Part shown: in pieces, positions 1 to 9,224 of the stretch
How the letters are laid out: each line of letters opens with the position of its first letter
Numbering within the stretch: position 1 is the stretch's first letter
Assembly (NCBI GenBank): GCA_001777665.1
Contig: MFEQ01000005.1
Span: forward strand, 13,673-77,672
Source: Candidatus Doudnabacteria bacterium RIFCSPHIGHO2_02_FULL_42_25
Lineage (GTDB): Bacteria; Patescibacteriota; Doudnabacteria; UBA920; O2-02-FULL-48-8
Length of the DNA stretch: 64,000 nt
Direction of reading: 5' to 3'
Position numbers and translations under genes: made by a program
The notes under the pieces: model-generated
What the model was told of the DNA's origin: nothing
Databases searched by the model: none
Seen by the model: the letters and a program-made list of their open reading frames with translations, nothing else

Positions 1-1
1 G

Positions 2-1861
2 ACCACGGGTACGGCAGATAATGATGATCAGTGTACTAATAACGCTGGAACGGTAGGGGCTGCGCAATCGTATGCTTGTAGTTTTCAAATGGATGTTGGC
101 CCTGGCGTGTATGAATTTGTCGGTTTCTTTATGAATGTAGATCTTGCGGATCCGGACTGGGTTCCAGATAATACTGTTTTTAGAGTTTCAAATAAAGTTA
201 CAGTGGTGGACCCTTTTCAGCCCTTGAGAGTAATTAAATCAGGAGGGGGGAACGGAACAATCACTTCTACTCCCGCGGGTATTAACTGTGGAAATGCTTG
301 TCCGGAACAAACTGTCAGCTTCGATTATGGACAAGTAGTAACTTTGGAAGTCGCCGCGAATCCAGGAAGTACCTTTACTGGCTGGGCTGGAGAAGGATGC
401 GGTGGTGTTGGGATTTGTACGGTGACTATGAGTAAGGCCAGAACTGTGACTGCCAGTTTTGATGCTGTCCCTACGTTGATTACTGATCCAGCCACGAATC
501 CTGCACCGAATTCTGTGACTTTGAATGGCCGAGTAGATCCGAATTTACAGGCTACCAATGCTTGGTTTAGATACAGCACTGTTAACCCTGGCAGTTGTGA
601 CGCTCTCTTTGATAACGATGCCAATGGACCTAAAATTCCTTTTGCGGCTGGCTCTGGGAATGGTTATTCGCCGTATTCCCAAAATCTTATTGGCTTAATT
701 CCTGACACCACCTACTATTATTGTGCCATCGGTTCAAACAATACAGGTTTTGGATATGGGACGATTGTCAGCTTTGTAACAAAAGCGAGCGGAACAATTA
801 TAGTTAATACCAATGTAGCGACAGATTGGCAGCTGAATGGACCGCAACCTGCTAATTGTAATGCTTGTTCTAACGACCCATCCCGATATACAAATTGGAT
901 AGCTGGTAACTATAGTCTCACGAATGTTCCAAATTTTGGAGATTATGCACCGCCGCAAATAAACCCTGCACTCGGTGTATTTCAAAATCTTCCCAATGGC
1001 GGCACCATTACATGGACAATATATTATCCACCAAAAGCCCCAATTATTACTGATGTAGTCAATTCAACTTGTGAGCAATTAACGGTTAGTTGGAATGATG
1101 TTCTTAGTGAAGCCAGTTATGAAGTTTGGAGAACTGAAGACGAGCCTCCAAATGCGTTCCCTATTGGTTGGATCAAAATTGCTGATAGTCCGGCTAATAA
1201 CCCCCTATCGTACACCGATAATACAGTTGTCGCCAATAATTCGTATTATTATATCATTGTCGCTAAAGATCAGGTTGGAAGTACTCCCTCCGCACCTTTC
1301 GGTTCCAGACTTGCAGTGCAATGTTTTGCTAACCTCACGTCGTCAGTTAAAACGATAGATACTATACAAAAACCCGGGGTAGGGGTACCCGTCCCATTTA
1401 ATATGACCATGAAAATTGAGGAAAACGATATACTAAAATTCAAAATAACAATCATCAACAATGGTACTGACGATGCCGATATTACTAAGTTTTGTGATTA
1501 TCCATCCAATAATTTTCAAGATTTGAATAATGCGTCTGAAGACGGACCATTAACTTCACCTGCTGCTCGACCTCTTCTAAATCCAGTGGAGTGTGAGGTT
1601 ATTAACGGTAATCCTGGTTATTATTTTGATGTCGACGGGACACTCACAAAAGATGGTGCCAATTCAAGATCTGATATCTACTTCACTGCTGTATTTAGGT
1701 CTCAATCTCCCAATTTAAAAACTGAAATTTGCTCGAATTTAGGGCGCGTTATTTATAATGATTCCTCTGGCAACGGAAAAATTGAAGACATACCATTTGG
1801 CCCGACACTGTGTCAATCAGCTGGCAGCAGGGTGCCGACATTTAGAGAAGTAGCACCATAA
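2..1861 (+). CDS. Secreted/surface beta-rich repeat protein (FN3/Ig-like), 5' end truncated by the window edge
   Basis: The ORF track starts at 89 but the frame is open back to the window start. Composition is Thr/Asn/Gly/Pro-rich with beta-strand repeats. FN3-like W..S/E...Y.V.R segment (SWNDVLSEASYEVWRTEDEP). Confidence 0.5.
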   Translation, partial: TTGTADNDDQCTNNAGTVGAAQSYACSFQMDVGPGVYEFVGFFMNVDLADPDWVPDNTVFRVSNKVTVVDPFQPLRVIKSGGGNGTITSTPAGINCGNACPEQTVSFDYGQVVTLEVAANPGSTFTGWAGEGCGGVGICTVTMSKARTVTASFDAVPTLITDPATNPAPNSVTLNGRVDPNLQATNAWFRYSTVNPGSCDALFDNDANGPKIPFAAGSGNGYSPYSQNLIGLIPDTTYYYCAIGSNNTGFGYGTIVSFVTKASGTIIVNTNVATDWQLNGPQPANCNACSNDPSRYTNWIAGNYSLTNVPNFGDYAPPQINPALGVFQNLPNGGTITWTIYYPPKAPIITDVVNSTCEQLTVSWNDVLSEASYEVWRTEDEPPNAFPIGWIKIADSPANNPLSYTDNTVVANNSYYYIIVAKDQVGSTPSAPFGSRLAVQCFANLTSSVKTIDTIQKPGVGVPVPFNMTMKIEENDILKFKITIINNGTDDADITKFCDYPSNNFQDLNNASEDGPLTSPAARPLLNPVECEVINGNPGYYFDVDGTLTKDGANSRSDIYFTAVFRSQSPNLKTEICSNLGRVIYNDSSGNGKIEDIPFGPTLCQSAGSRVPTFREVAP

Positions 1862-1871
1862 TAATCAATAT

Positions 1872-2294
1872 ATGGAAACTAGCAAAAAAACAATCGTTAG
1901 TGTTCTAGCCCTAATTCTTATTCTTGTTGTGGTTGTGTTGTGGGCGTCGTCAAGAAAAAAAGAAACTGTCACACCTGAACCAATTGCTACCGCCGAGAAA
2001 TCCCTAGTTCCAAGAGTTTACACTAGTTATGGAACAGTAACGAAACTTGAAACTGACAAAATTTATATCAATGTACCGATACTCGTTCCAGTTCAGAATA
2101 GTAACGCAAGTGCGTACATGAGTCAGTCAAGGTTAATAATTATAGTTCCAGAAACTTTAATTACTCGAATTGGATCCAATAAGTCTATTCCATTTTCTAG
2201 CATTAAAGTTGGTCAACGGATTCAAATAGATAGTTTAGAAGATTTAACCAAAGCCGTTGTGATTACTGCCAAAGCAATTGTAATCCCTAAATAA
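1872..2294 (+). CDS. Hypothetical membrane-anchored protein (single N-terminal TM)
   Basis: ORF track. Hydrophobic N-terminus IVSVLALILILVVVVLW. No recognisable domain. Confidence 0.4.
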   Translation: METSKKTIVSVLALILILVVVVLWASSRKKETVTPEPIATAEKSLVPRVYTSYGTVTKLETDKIYINVPILVPVQNSNASAYMSQSRLIIIVPETLITRIGSNKSIPFSSIKVGQRIQIDSLEDLTKAVVITAKAIVIPK

Positions 2295-2303
2295 TCACAC
2301 CAT

Positions 2304-2332
2304 TTGCGTACTTGTGCGAAATAGTGTATAAT
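2304..2332 (+). promoter_or_regulatory. Sigma-70-like promoter upstream of secE (TTGCGT -17 nt- TATAAT)
   Basis: -35 TTGCGT at 2304-2309, 17-nt spacer, -10 TATAAT at 2327-2332. It lies 50 nt upstream of the secE ATG. Confidence 0.3.
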
Positions 2333-2345
2333 AAGTCAGTAAATA

Positions 2346-2366
2346 AAAGCCCCCGAAAAGGGCTTT
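2346..2366. promoter_or_regulatory. Stem-loop AAAGCCC-N7-GGGCTTT between the promoter and the secE start
   Basis: Perfect 7-bp inverted repeat flanked by A/T runs. It could be the terminator of the upstream gene or a leader structure. Confidence 0.25.
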
Positions 2367-2381
2367 TAAAAAAGGGCAAAT

Positions 2382-2570
2382 ATGGTAAATCCAATTCAAT
2401 TCATAAAAGAAGCTCGGGCAGAGTTAGGGAAGGTAGTCTGGCCAAGTCGACGTGAAGTCATTCGTGTCACAATAGCTGTTATTATTCTTTCTTTAATTGT
2501 CGCTGCTTATCTGGGATCTGCTGACTACGGTTTGACCAAGCTTTTTGAATGGGTAATCAATAGACAATAA
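2382..2570 (+). CDS. secE: Preprotein translocase subunit SecE
   Basis: 62 aa with a single C-terminal TM. Conserved SecE N-terminus (FIKEARAELGKVVWPSRREV). Immediately upstream of nusG. Confidence 0.8.
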   Translation: MVNPIQFIKEARAELGKVVWPSRREVIRVTIAVIILSLIVAAYLGSADYGLTKLFEWVINRQ

Positions 2571-2573
2571 AAT

Positions 2574-3119
2574 ATGGCAAGGCAGCAGGTAACAGGTGAA
2601 AAACATTGGTACGTTTTACATACATACTCTGGATACGAAGACAGTGTTGCTTTTAATTTGAAACAACGTATTGAATCCATGGGTATGGAAGATAAAATTT
2701 TCAATGTCCTGGTTCCGAAAGAAAAGAAGATCAAGATTAAGGATGGTAAAAGAGTAACAGTGGAGGAAAAGATTTTCCCAGGATACGTCATCGTCGAAAT
2801 GATTGTGACTGATGATTCTTGGTATGTCGTTCGGAACACGCCAAACGTTACGGGATTTGTAGGCTCTGGAACTATTCCAACTCCAATCTCAGAACCGGAA
2901 ATGGGCTTTTTACAAAAACGTATGGGCGTGGAAGAGCCGAAGTACAAAATCGATGTAACTATCAATGATTTGGTTCGTATAATGGATGGACCTTTCAAAG
3001 ATTACGAAGGCAAGGTATCCGAAATTGATGAGGAAAAAGGTAAAGTTAAAGTTTTGGTGTCCATCTTTGGTCGAGAGACACCTGTCGAATTAGATTTCTT
3101 ACAAGTTAAAAAATTATAA
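2574..3119 (+). CDS. nusG: Transcription termination/antitermination factor NusG
   Basis: NGN domain (WYVLHTYSGYE) and C-terminal KOW (GKVKVLVSIFGRETPVEL). Conserved secE-nusG-rplK synteny. Confidence 0.9.
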   Translation: MARQQVTGEKHWYVLHTYSGYEDSVAFNLKQRIESMGMEDKIFNVLVPKEKKIKIKDGKRVTVEEKIFPGYVIVEMIVTDDSWYVVRNTPNVTGFVGSGTIPTPISEPEMGFLQKRMGVEEPKYKIDVTINDLVRIMDGPFKDYEGKVSEIDEEKGKVKVLVSIFGRETPVELDFLQVKKL

Positions 3120-3128
3120 AACAATTAT

Positions 3129-3551
3129 ATGGCTAAAAAAGTTAAGACAATTGTTAAAATACAACTTCAGGCAGGGAAAGCAACACCTAGCCAACAAACA
3201 GGTACTGCATTAGGACCTCACGGCATTAACATTGGTCAATTTTTGAAAGAATTCAATGAGAAGACTGGAGCCATGGGTGATATTGTCGTTCCAGCCGAGA
3301 TTACTATTTTCGAAGATCGGTCCTACACTTTTATTCTTAAAACTCCTCCCGCCTCGATTTTGATTGGAAAGGCAGCAGGTATAGCTAAGGGTTCAGGAGA
3401 TCCGTTGAAGAATAAAGTTGGTAGTATTACGAAAGCCCAACTCCGAGCAATTGCCGAACAAAAACTTCCTGATTTGAACGCCAATGACCTCGAAGCCGCA
3501 GAAAAGATTGTCGCCGGTACCGCACGCTCAATGGGAGTGGAGATTAAATAA
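3129..3551 (+). CDS. rplK: 50S ribosomal protein L11
   Basis: Canonical L11 sequence ([26 protein letters not shown]...). Confidence 0.95.
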   Translation: MAKKVKTIVKIQLQAGKATPSQQTGTALGPHGINIGQFLKEFNEKTGAMGDIVVPAEITIFEDRSYTFILKTPPASILIGKAAGIAKGSGDPLKNKVGSITKAQLRAIAEQKLPDLNANDLEAAEKIVAGTARSMGVEIK

Positions 3552-3552
3552 C

Positions 3553-4185
3553 ATGAACAAAAGATTTGCAGCGGCTCAAAAAGAAATAGACGTAACCAAG
3601 CAATATTCAGTTGAAGAAGCTGTTGCTTTGGCTAAAAAAACTTCTACCACCAAATTTGTCGGTAATATAGAGGTCCACGTTCGAACTGGTATTGACCCGA
3701 AAAAATCAGATCAGCTTATTCGGTCCACCGTGACTCTTCCGCACGGAACTGGAAAGATCAAGAAAGTCGCAGTATTTAAAGGTACAGAAGGTGAGCTTTT
3801 GATTAAGAAAATCAAAGAAACCGGTCAAATTGACTTTGATATAGCTGTCGCTGATCCAGCTATTATGCCAAAATTGGCAGTGATAGCAAAAATTTTGGGT
3901 CCAAAAGGGTTGATGCCAAATCCTAAATCGGGAACAGTGACTGCGGATACTGATAAAGCTGTTAAGGAATTTGCCGCTGGTAGAACAGAATTTAAGAATG
4001 ATGATTCTGGTAATATTCATATGCTTTTGGGTAAATCCAATTTCTCCGATGAGCAAATTGTTGCTAACTATAAATCATTCATGGATGCACTCCATTCCAA
4101 TAAACCAGCTGGATTGAAGAAAGAGTATATCGTTTCAGTAACACTGAATTCTTCCATGGGCCCTGGTATTAAAGTAAAAATCTAG
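3553..4185 (+). CDS. rplA: 50S ribosomal protein L1
   Basis: The track ORF starts at 3484 inside rplK. The in-frame ATG at 3553 (MNKRFAAAQKEIDV) is the conserved L1 N-terminus, placed 1 nt after the rplK stop. Confidence 0.9.
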   Translation: MNKRFAAAQKEIDVTKQYSVEEAVALAKKTSTTKFVGNIEVHVRTGIDPKKSDQLIRSTVTLPHGTGKIKKVAVFKGTEGELLIKKIKETGQIDFDIAVADPAIMPKLAVIAKILGPKGLMPNPKSGTVTADTDKAVKEFAAGRTEFKNDDSGNIHMLLGKSNFSDEQIVANYKSFMDALHSNKPAGLKKEYIVSVTLNSSMGPGIKVKI

Positions 4186-4284
4186 TACAATAGTTTTATG
4201 TTGATAACTCGGACAAAACAGATCTGGTCGTCATACGCAGGTTCTACTCTAGGCTACTAGGGTTATTCGCTTTTCCAAACAAAG

Positions 4285-4308
4285 CTGCCCTAGTCGGGCA
4301 GTTTTTTT
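4285..4308 (+). terminator. Rho-independent terminator after rplA (CTGCCC-TAGTC-GGGCAG + T7)
   Basis: Perfect 6-bp GC stem, 5-nt loop, then TTTTTTT. Confidence 0.6.
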
Positions 4309-4321
4309 GTAGGGAGGAATA

Positions 4322-4930
4322 ATGTACACCAATAGAATGCAATCAGAACAAACGCTGCAAACCGTCATCGTCGATGACGTGGCTCTGTTTCCCTTGTTTG
4401 TTCCCGAAGGGTTACAGCAAAGGCTCCTTCGTGAATTTGAAGGGCTGTCGTTTAAAGATCCCGAAGCTCCACAGTGTAAGCTTGTACGACAGGATTTCGA
4501 TAAGGTTCAACTTAACGAAATTCCACATGACATGCCTGCACTCGATGAACTGGACGAACTTGTGCAGAATTTTGTTCAACTTGGCACAGGCGTTGAACCA
4601 AATCTTTCGAAATGGTTTCCGAACGAAATCGTTATACAACGCTACACTTCAGCCGGTCACATTACAGGTCACAAGGATTCAAAGAAACACCGGCTTCTGG
4701 TCGCGATCGTCAACCTCGCAGGCTCTTGTCATTTTGACATTCTTACCTGTCGAGACGGTCAACCTGTGATTCGACTTACACCCAAAGCAGGAGACTTAAT
4801 CCTGATGAAGGCAAGCGGATTGCTGTCAGACCAAGTCGATGATCGACCCTTTCATCAGGTTTCAGGAAACTTGGACGAAAGTGTCCGGTACCGTATTTCC
4901 GTTGGTTTTCGTTGTTCTAGCTTGACCTGA
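4322..4930 (+). CDS. AlkB-like 2OG-Fe(II) oxygenase (alkylated nucleic-acid demethylase family), GC-rich orphan
   Basis: HxD (GHITGHKD), a distal H (RPFHQV) and a C-terminal R-I-S-x-x-F-R (RYRISVGFR) in the spacing typical of AlkB. About 50% GC versus about 40% in flanking genes. GGGAGGA RBS. Confidence 0.5.
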   Translation: MYTNRMQSEQTLQTVIVDDVALFPLFVPEGLQQRLLREFEGLSFKDPEAPQCKLVRQDFDKVQLNEIPHDMPALDELDELVQNFVQLGTGVEPNLSKWFPNEIVIQRYTSAGHITGHKDSKKHRLLVAIVNLAGSCHFDILTCRDGQPVIRLTPKAGDLILMKASGLLSDQVDDRPFHQVSGNLDESVRYRISVGFRCSSLT

Positions 4931-4996
4931 TGTTCAGCAGGCTAGTTCTTTTCTTTTTCATGAAATTTTTGCTATTATACTTTAGAACTAACAAAT

Positions 4997-5554
4997 ATGA
5001 TTTTATCTGACACAGACATCAAGACGAAACTTGATACCAATGAAATAAAAATCGATCCCATGCCCAACCTGGCAGAGGCCTTAGGTACTGTTTCTGTGGA
5101 TTTGCGTTTAGGCAATGACTTCATTTTATACAGAAGTACTTCGCATTCGGTTATCGACGCTCGAGATAAAAAAATCCCTGATGGGATTGAAGAAAAAATT
5201 TCTGTCGCTGAAGATGGAGATTTCGTCATTCGTCCTAGAGACTTCGTTTTAGGCTCGACTTTAGAAAAAATTGAATTACCAGCCTCTATCGCAGGACGAT
5301 TGGAAGGGAAGTCTTCTTTGGGTAGACTTGGTTTAGTGATTCACTCAACTGCAGGAAAAGTCGACCCTGGGTTTAAGGGCAATTTGGTTTTAGAGATTAC
5401 AAATATTGGGACTGTCCCAATAGTCCTCCATCCTGGAATGCGGATTTGCCAGTTGTTGTTTGAGCAGCTTAGCAGCCCCACTTCTAAACCCTACGTCGAA
5501 CGAGATGATTCAAAGTACAAAAATCAGGATAAAACCGTTGGTAGTATTTTATGA
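4997..5554 (+). CDS. dcd: dCTP deaminase
   Basis: dUTPase-fold dCTP deaminase motifs (MILSDTDI...; GxxDPGFKG). Confidence 0.85.
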   Translation: MILSDTDIKTKLDTNEIKIDPMPNLAEALGTVSVDLRLGNDFILYRSTSHSVIDARDKKIPDGIEEKISVAEDGDFVIRPRDFVLGSTLEKIELPASIAGRLEGKSSLGRLGLVIHSTAGKVDPGFKGNLVLEITNIGTVPIVLHPGMRICQLLFEQLSSPTSKPYVERDDSKYKNQDKTVGSIL

Positions 5555-6219
5555 AAGGGAAATTGATCGTAGTGGATGGGACAGATGGATCAGGGAAAAG
5601 CACTCAAACGCAACTGCTGTATCGGAGGTTAAAGAAGCAGCGGATAAAAACAGCTTTTCTGGACATCCCGATTTATAATAGTTTTACAGGAGAATTAGTC
5701 GCGCGTTATCTTCGAAATGACTTTGGAAGAATCGATGCCTACCTAGCTGCAACACTGTATGCTGTGAATCGATTTGAGGCAAAAGATAAAATAGTTAAAT
5801 GGCTGAGAGAAGGCTATGTCGTAGTGCTAAATAGGTATGTCACGGCAAATTTGATCCACCAATCAGCGAATCTGGACAAAAAAGATCGAGAGAAGTTTAA
5901 AAAGTGGATTTCAAAATTAGAATATGAAGTTTTTGGGTTGCCAAAACCAGATCTGGTTTTGTTTATAAACATGCCTGTCGAGATAGCGATAGAGATGATT
6001 CAAAATAAATCCGCGAAAGATAGGAAATATCTGGCGGGTGCCAAGAAAGATTTACTCGAAAGCGATTTGCTCCACCAAAAAGAGTCCCTACGCGAGGTAA
6101 TAAAGACAGCCAAGGGCATGAAAGTTGCAAAAATTATTGATGCAACGATAAAGGGTGAATTAAAGCCAAAGCAAGTAATTGCTAATGAAATATGGAAGGA
6201 AGTCCATGCCATCATTTGA
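5551..6219 (+). CDS. tmk: Thymidylate kinase
   Basis: P-loop VVDGTDGSGKST and the dTMP-kinase LID region. Overlaps dcd by 4 nt. Confidence 0.9.
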   Translation: MKGKLIVVDGTDGSGKSTQTQLLYRRLKKQRIKTAFLDIPIYNSFTGELVARYLRNDFGRIDAYLAATLYAVNRFEAKDKIVKWLREGYVVVLNRYVTANLIHQSANLDKKDREKFKKWISKLEYEVFGLPKPDLVLFINMPVEIAIEMIQNKSAKDRKYLAGAKKDLLESDLLHQKESLREVIKTAKGMKVAKIIDATIKGELKPKQVIANEIWKEVHAII

Positions 6220-6853
6220 AATAGAAATTAAAAGCTTACTCGGAAGCAAAGAAAACGCAGATAAGCTTTTGGATAATTTAAAAAAAGATCCATCTTTTCA
6301 GGCGCACGGTACTCATAAGCAATTAAATCATTACTTCATCCCAGGAGATTTAAATACCTTAGCCCAAAAACTTAACTTAACCATTCCTGATAATATCTTG
6401 AATTCAAAAAATTTTTCAGTCCGGACAGCAGATCGAGACGGTAAGGTCTTGTTTGTAATTAAAGCCACAGTAGACGATACCACGTCAGCTAATGGTACTG
6501 CTCGTGCGGAGTTTGAACAAGTAGTTGATATGAGTTTGGATCAATTAGACAAAACTCTGCTGGATTCAGGATTTAAATATCAGGCTAAATGGTCTCGGGA
6601 GCGACAGGATTTTAAATATAAAGATATGAGTGTGAGCATTGATAAAAATGCTGGCTATGGTTACCTAGTGGAATTTGAAAAGGTTATAGAAGATCCATCT
6701 AAAGCTGATGAAACAAAGACTTTCATACGGGACAGTATGCAAGTGCTAGGAGTGGAAGAACTCAAACAAGATCGGTTAGAGCGGATGTTTGCACACTACA
6801 ATCAAAACTGGCAAGATTATTATGGGACTGAAAAAGTATTTAATATTGAATAA
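6206..6853 (+). CDS. CYTH-domain protein (CyaB/thiamine-triphosphatase-like triphosphate tunnel enzyme)
   Basis: N-terminal ExExK signature (FEIEIKSLL). Start moved to the in-frame ATG at 6206, which follows a GGAAGGA RBS. The track start at 6179 is a TTG. Confidence 0.55.
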   Translation: MPSFEIEIKSLLGSKENADKLLDNLKKDPSFQAHGTHKQLNHYFIPGDLNTLAQKLNLTIPDNILNSKNFSVRTADRDGKVLFVIKATVDDTTSANGTARAEFEQVVDMSLDQLDKTLLDSGFKYQAKWSRERQDFKYKDMSVSIDKNAGYGYLVEFEKVIEDPSKADETKTFIRDSMQVLGVEELKQDRLERMFAHYNQNWQDYYGTEKVFNIE

Positions 6854-7308
6854 TGTATAATCACGAACCAGAAAACTACACCTGTCCTTTCTGTATTTAT
6901 GTTTCGGATTCCAAATTTAAATATTTGGTTTACAAAGATGACTACTTGAGTGCATTTATTTCCTCTGCCATGTGGCCTCATAACCCTGGTATAGTCATCA
7001 TCATCCCGAACAAGCATATCGAGAATATCTATGATATGCCAGATAGTCTCCTGGCCGAAACGCACATTTTAGCGAAAAAGCTAGCTCTAGCTATGAAAAT
7101 CGCTTACAGATGTCACGGTGTAAGTATCCGTCAGCACAACGAGCCTGCTGGAAATCAGGAAGTTATGCATTATCATTTCCAAATCATTCCTAGGTATAAT
7201 AATGATGACCTTTATATCAATCACAGGAAAAAAAGTGACATTCTAAATGATGAACGTCTACGATTTGCAAGCTTATTAAAAGAGCAATTAAAAAGTGATG
7301 CAAACTAA
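6853..7308 (+). CDS. HIT-family nucleotide hydrolase
   Basis: Histidine-triad motif (VMHYHFQIIPR). Confidence 0.7.
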   Translation: MYNHEPENYTCPFCIYVSDSKFKYLVYKDDYLSAFISSAMWPHNPGIVIIIPNKHIENIYDMPDSLLAETHILAKKLALAMKIAYRCHGVSIRQHNEPAGNQEVMHYHFQIIPRYNNDDLYINHRKKSDILNDERLRFASLLKEQLKSDAN

Positions 7309-8248
7309 ACACCCAGAGTATCAATACTTAGATTTACTCAAACAAATCCTGGACAAGGGATTTCGTAAAGTTGATCGTGGGACAGGGGATGCTTCTTACA
7401 GTATTTTCGGTCCACAGATGCGATTTGATTTGTCAGAAGGGTTTCCTCTGCTTACCACTAAGAAAGTCTTCTGGAAGGGTGTTGTCGAAGAGTTGTATTG
7501 GTTTATGTCAGGTCAGAGCAACGTTTCTTATCTGACACGAAAAGGAGTCCACATCTGGGATGATTACCCCTATAAAATTTATAGTAAAAAGTATCCAAAT
7601 CAATTAGCTAAAGAACAGTTTGTCGAAAAACTAAAAACCGACGATGCTTTTGCCAAAGAACATGGGGAACTTCCTAAAATCTATGGTGAACTTTGGAGGC
7701 GTTGGCCTACTCGAACTCCGGGTAGGACTGTGGATCAGTTGGGCTGGGCTGTACAAGAACTTAAAGATGACCCAAATGCTCATAATTTGATCGTGAATTC
7801 TTGGAACCCTGAGTATCTCTACACCATGGCAACAAATGAGGATGCAGCGAGGTATCCCATCTGCCACAACATGTATCAGTTCAATGTCATAGATGATAAA
7901 CTGTCCCTGCATCTCTATCAAAGATCTGCGGATATGTTTTTGGGTGTACCTTTTAACATCGCATCCTACGCATTGCTGACTATGATTCTAGCTCAAGTCA
8001 CAGGATATAAACCAGGAGAGTTCATCCATTCATTTGGAGACACGCATATTTACGAAAAACACCTCGACGCTGTAAAAGAGCAGCTGCAAAGAACTCCTAA
8101 TGCATTCCCACGAATTGAATTAGATCCTTCAGTAAAATCTATCGATGACTTCAAACCAGAATTGGTGAAGTTAATTGATTATAAACCACACGACATGATC
8201 AAAGCCGAACTATCAGTTTCGGGTGGATTGTACGAGAAAAAACAATGA
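7295..8248 (+). CDS. thyA: Thymidylate synthase ThyA
   Basis: ThyA motifs (FPLLTTKKVFWKGVVEELYWFMSG) and the catalytic Cys (PICHNMYQF). Confidence 0.9.
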   Translation: MMQTKHPEYQYLDLLKQILDKGFRKVDRGTGDASYSIFGPQMRFDLSEGFPLLTTKKVFWKGVVEELYWFMSGQSNVSYLTRKGVHIWDDYPYKIYSKKYPNQLAKEQFVEKLKTDDAFAKEHGELPKIYGELWRRWPTRTPGRTVDQLGWAVQELKDDPNAHNLIVNSWNPEYLYTMATNEDAARYPICHNMYQFNVIDDKLSLHLYQRSADMFLGVPFNIASYALLTMILAQVTGYKPGEFIHSFGDTHIYEKHLDAVKEQLQRTPNAFPRIELDPSVKSIDDFKPELVKLIDYKPHDMIKAELSVSGGLYEKKQ

Positions 8249-8655
8249 AGTCTGGTGCCGGTATTCTAGCTATAAAAGACGGAAAGATTTTACTAGTTAA
8301 GGCTGGCATAAAATCTTTACAAAAGGATGGCTCCATCGCGTTCCCGGGCGGACACATCGATCCAGGAGAAACTCCAGAGATCACAGCTAAAAGGGAATTT
8401 ACAGAAGAAACTGGATTATTAGCAAATAACCTCATTGATTTTCCTGGTAATTACGTCCAAGCATCTGTAGAAAGAAAAGACGGTTGGGTAGATTTTTCTT
8501 TCAAGGTCTTTCTTTGCACCAATGTCTCTGGAGAATTGCAGGCGTCCGAAGAAACCGAACCTTTTTGGTTAGACTTAGAAGAAGCTAGAAAAATGAATCT
8601 GTATGGCAAGAATAACGAAATCTTAGAAGCGGCAATTAAATTTTTACGAGGGTGA
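8245..8655 (+). CDS. NUDIX hydrolase
   Basis: Nudix box GGHIDPGETPEITAKREFTEETG. Confidence 0.75.
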   Translation: MKSGAGILAIKDGKILLVKAGIKSLQKDGSIAFPGGHIDPGETPEITAKREFTEETGLLANNLIDFPGNYVQASVERKDGWVDFSFKVFLCTNVSGELQASEETEPFWLDLEEARKMNLYGKNNEILEAAIKFLRG

Positions 8656-8677
8656 CCCTCGTAGTCTAATAAATAGC

Positions 8678-9157
8678 ATGAAATTAATCCTAATAGCTGC
8701 TGTAGCGAAAAATAGAGTGATTGGGAGTCACAATGCTCTTCCGTGGTACATCAAAGAAGATCTGAAACATTTCAAAGATAAAACTGTAGGCAAAACTGTG
8801 CTCATGGGTAAAAACACTTTTGACTCTATTATGAACAGGATAGGTAAACCATTGCCTGAAAGAGTCAATGTCGTAATTACGAGACAGACGGATTGGCAAG
8901 CGCCGACCGATGTAATAGTGTATCATAATATTGAAGACGCCTTGAATGGATTAAAAGATACACCAGAAGTAATGGTTGCGGGGGGAGGACAGATCTTCAA
9001 TCAGCTTATTGATAAAGCAGACAAACTGATTCTGACCGAGGTTCATAAAAAAGTTGATGGTGATGTCTTCTTTCCAGAAGTGGACAAAAATCTCTGGAAA
9101 GAAATGGAGCGCGAAGACCACGAGGAATTTTCATTCGTCGAATATGAAAGAGTTTAA
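8678..9157 (+). CDS. folA: Dihydrofolate reductase
   Basis: DHFR N-terminus (LILIAAVAKNRVIGSHNALPWYIKEDLKHFK) and a GG motif. Confidence 0.85.
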   Translation: MKLILIAAVAKNRVIGSHNALPWYIKEDLKHFKDKTVGKTVLMGKNTFDSIMNRIGKPLPERVNVVITRQTDWQAPTDVIVYHNIEDALNGLKDTPEVMVAGGGQIFNQLIDKADKLILTEVHKKVDGDVFFPEVDKNLWKEMEREDHEEFSFVEYERV

Positions 9158-9224
9158 AATTTAATATTAAGTGGCTTGTCGCAAAAACAATGTAATTACC
9201 CAAAATTTGCGACAATACAAATTT

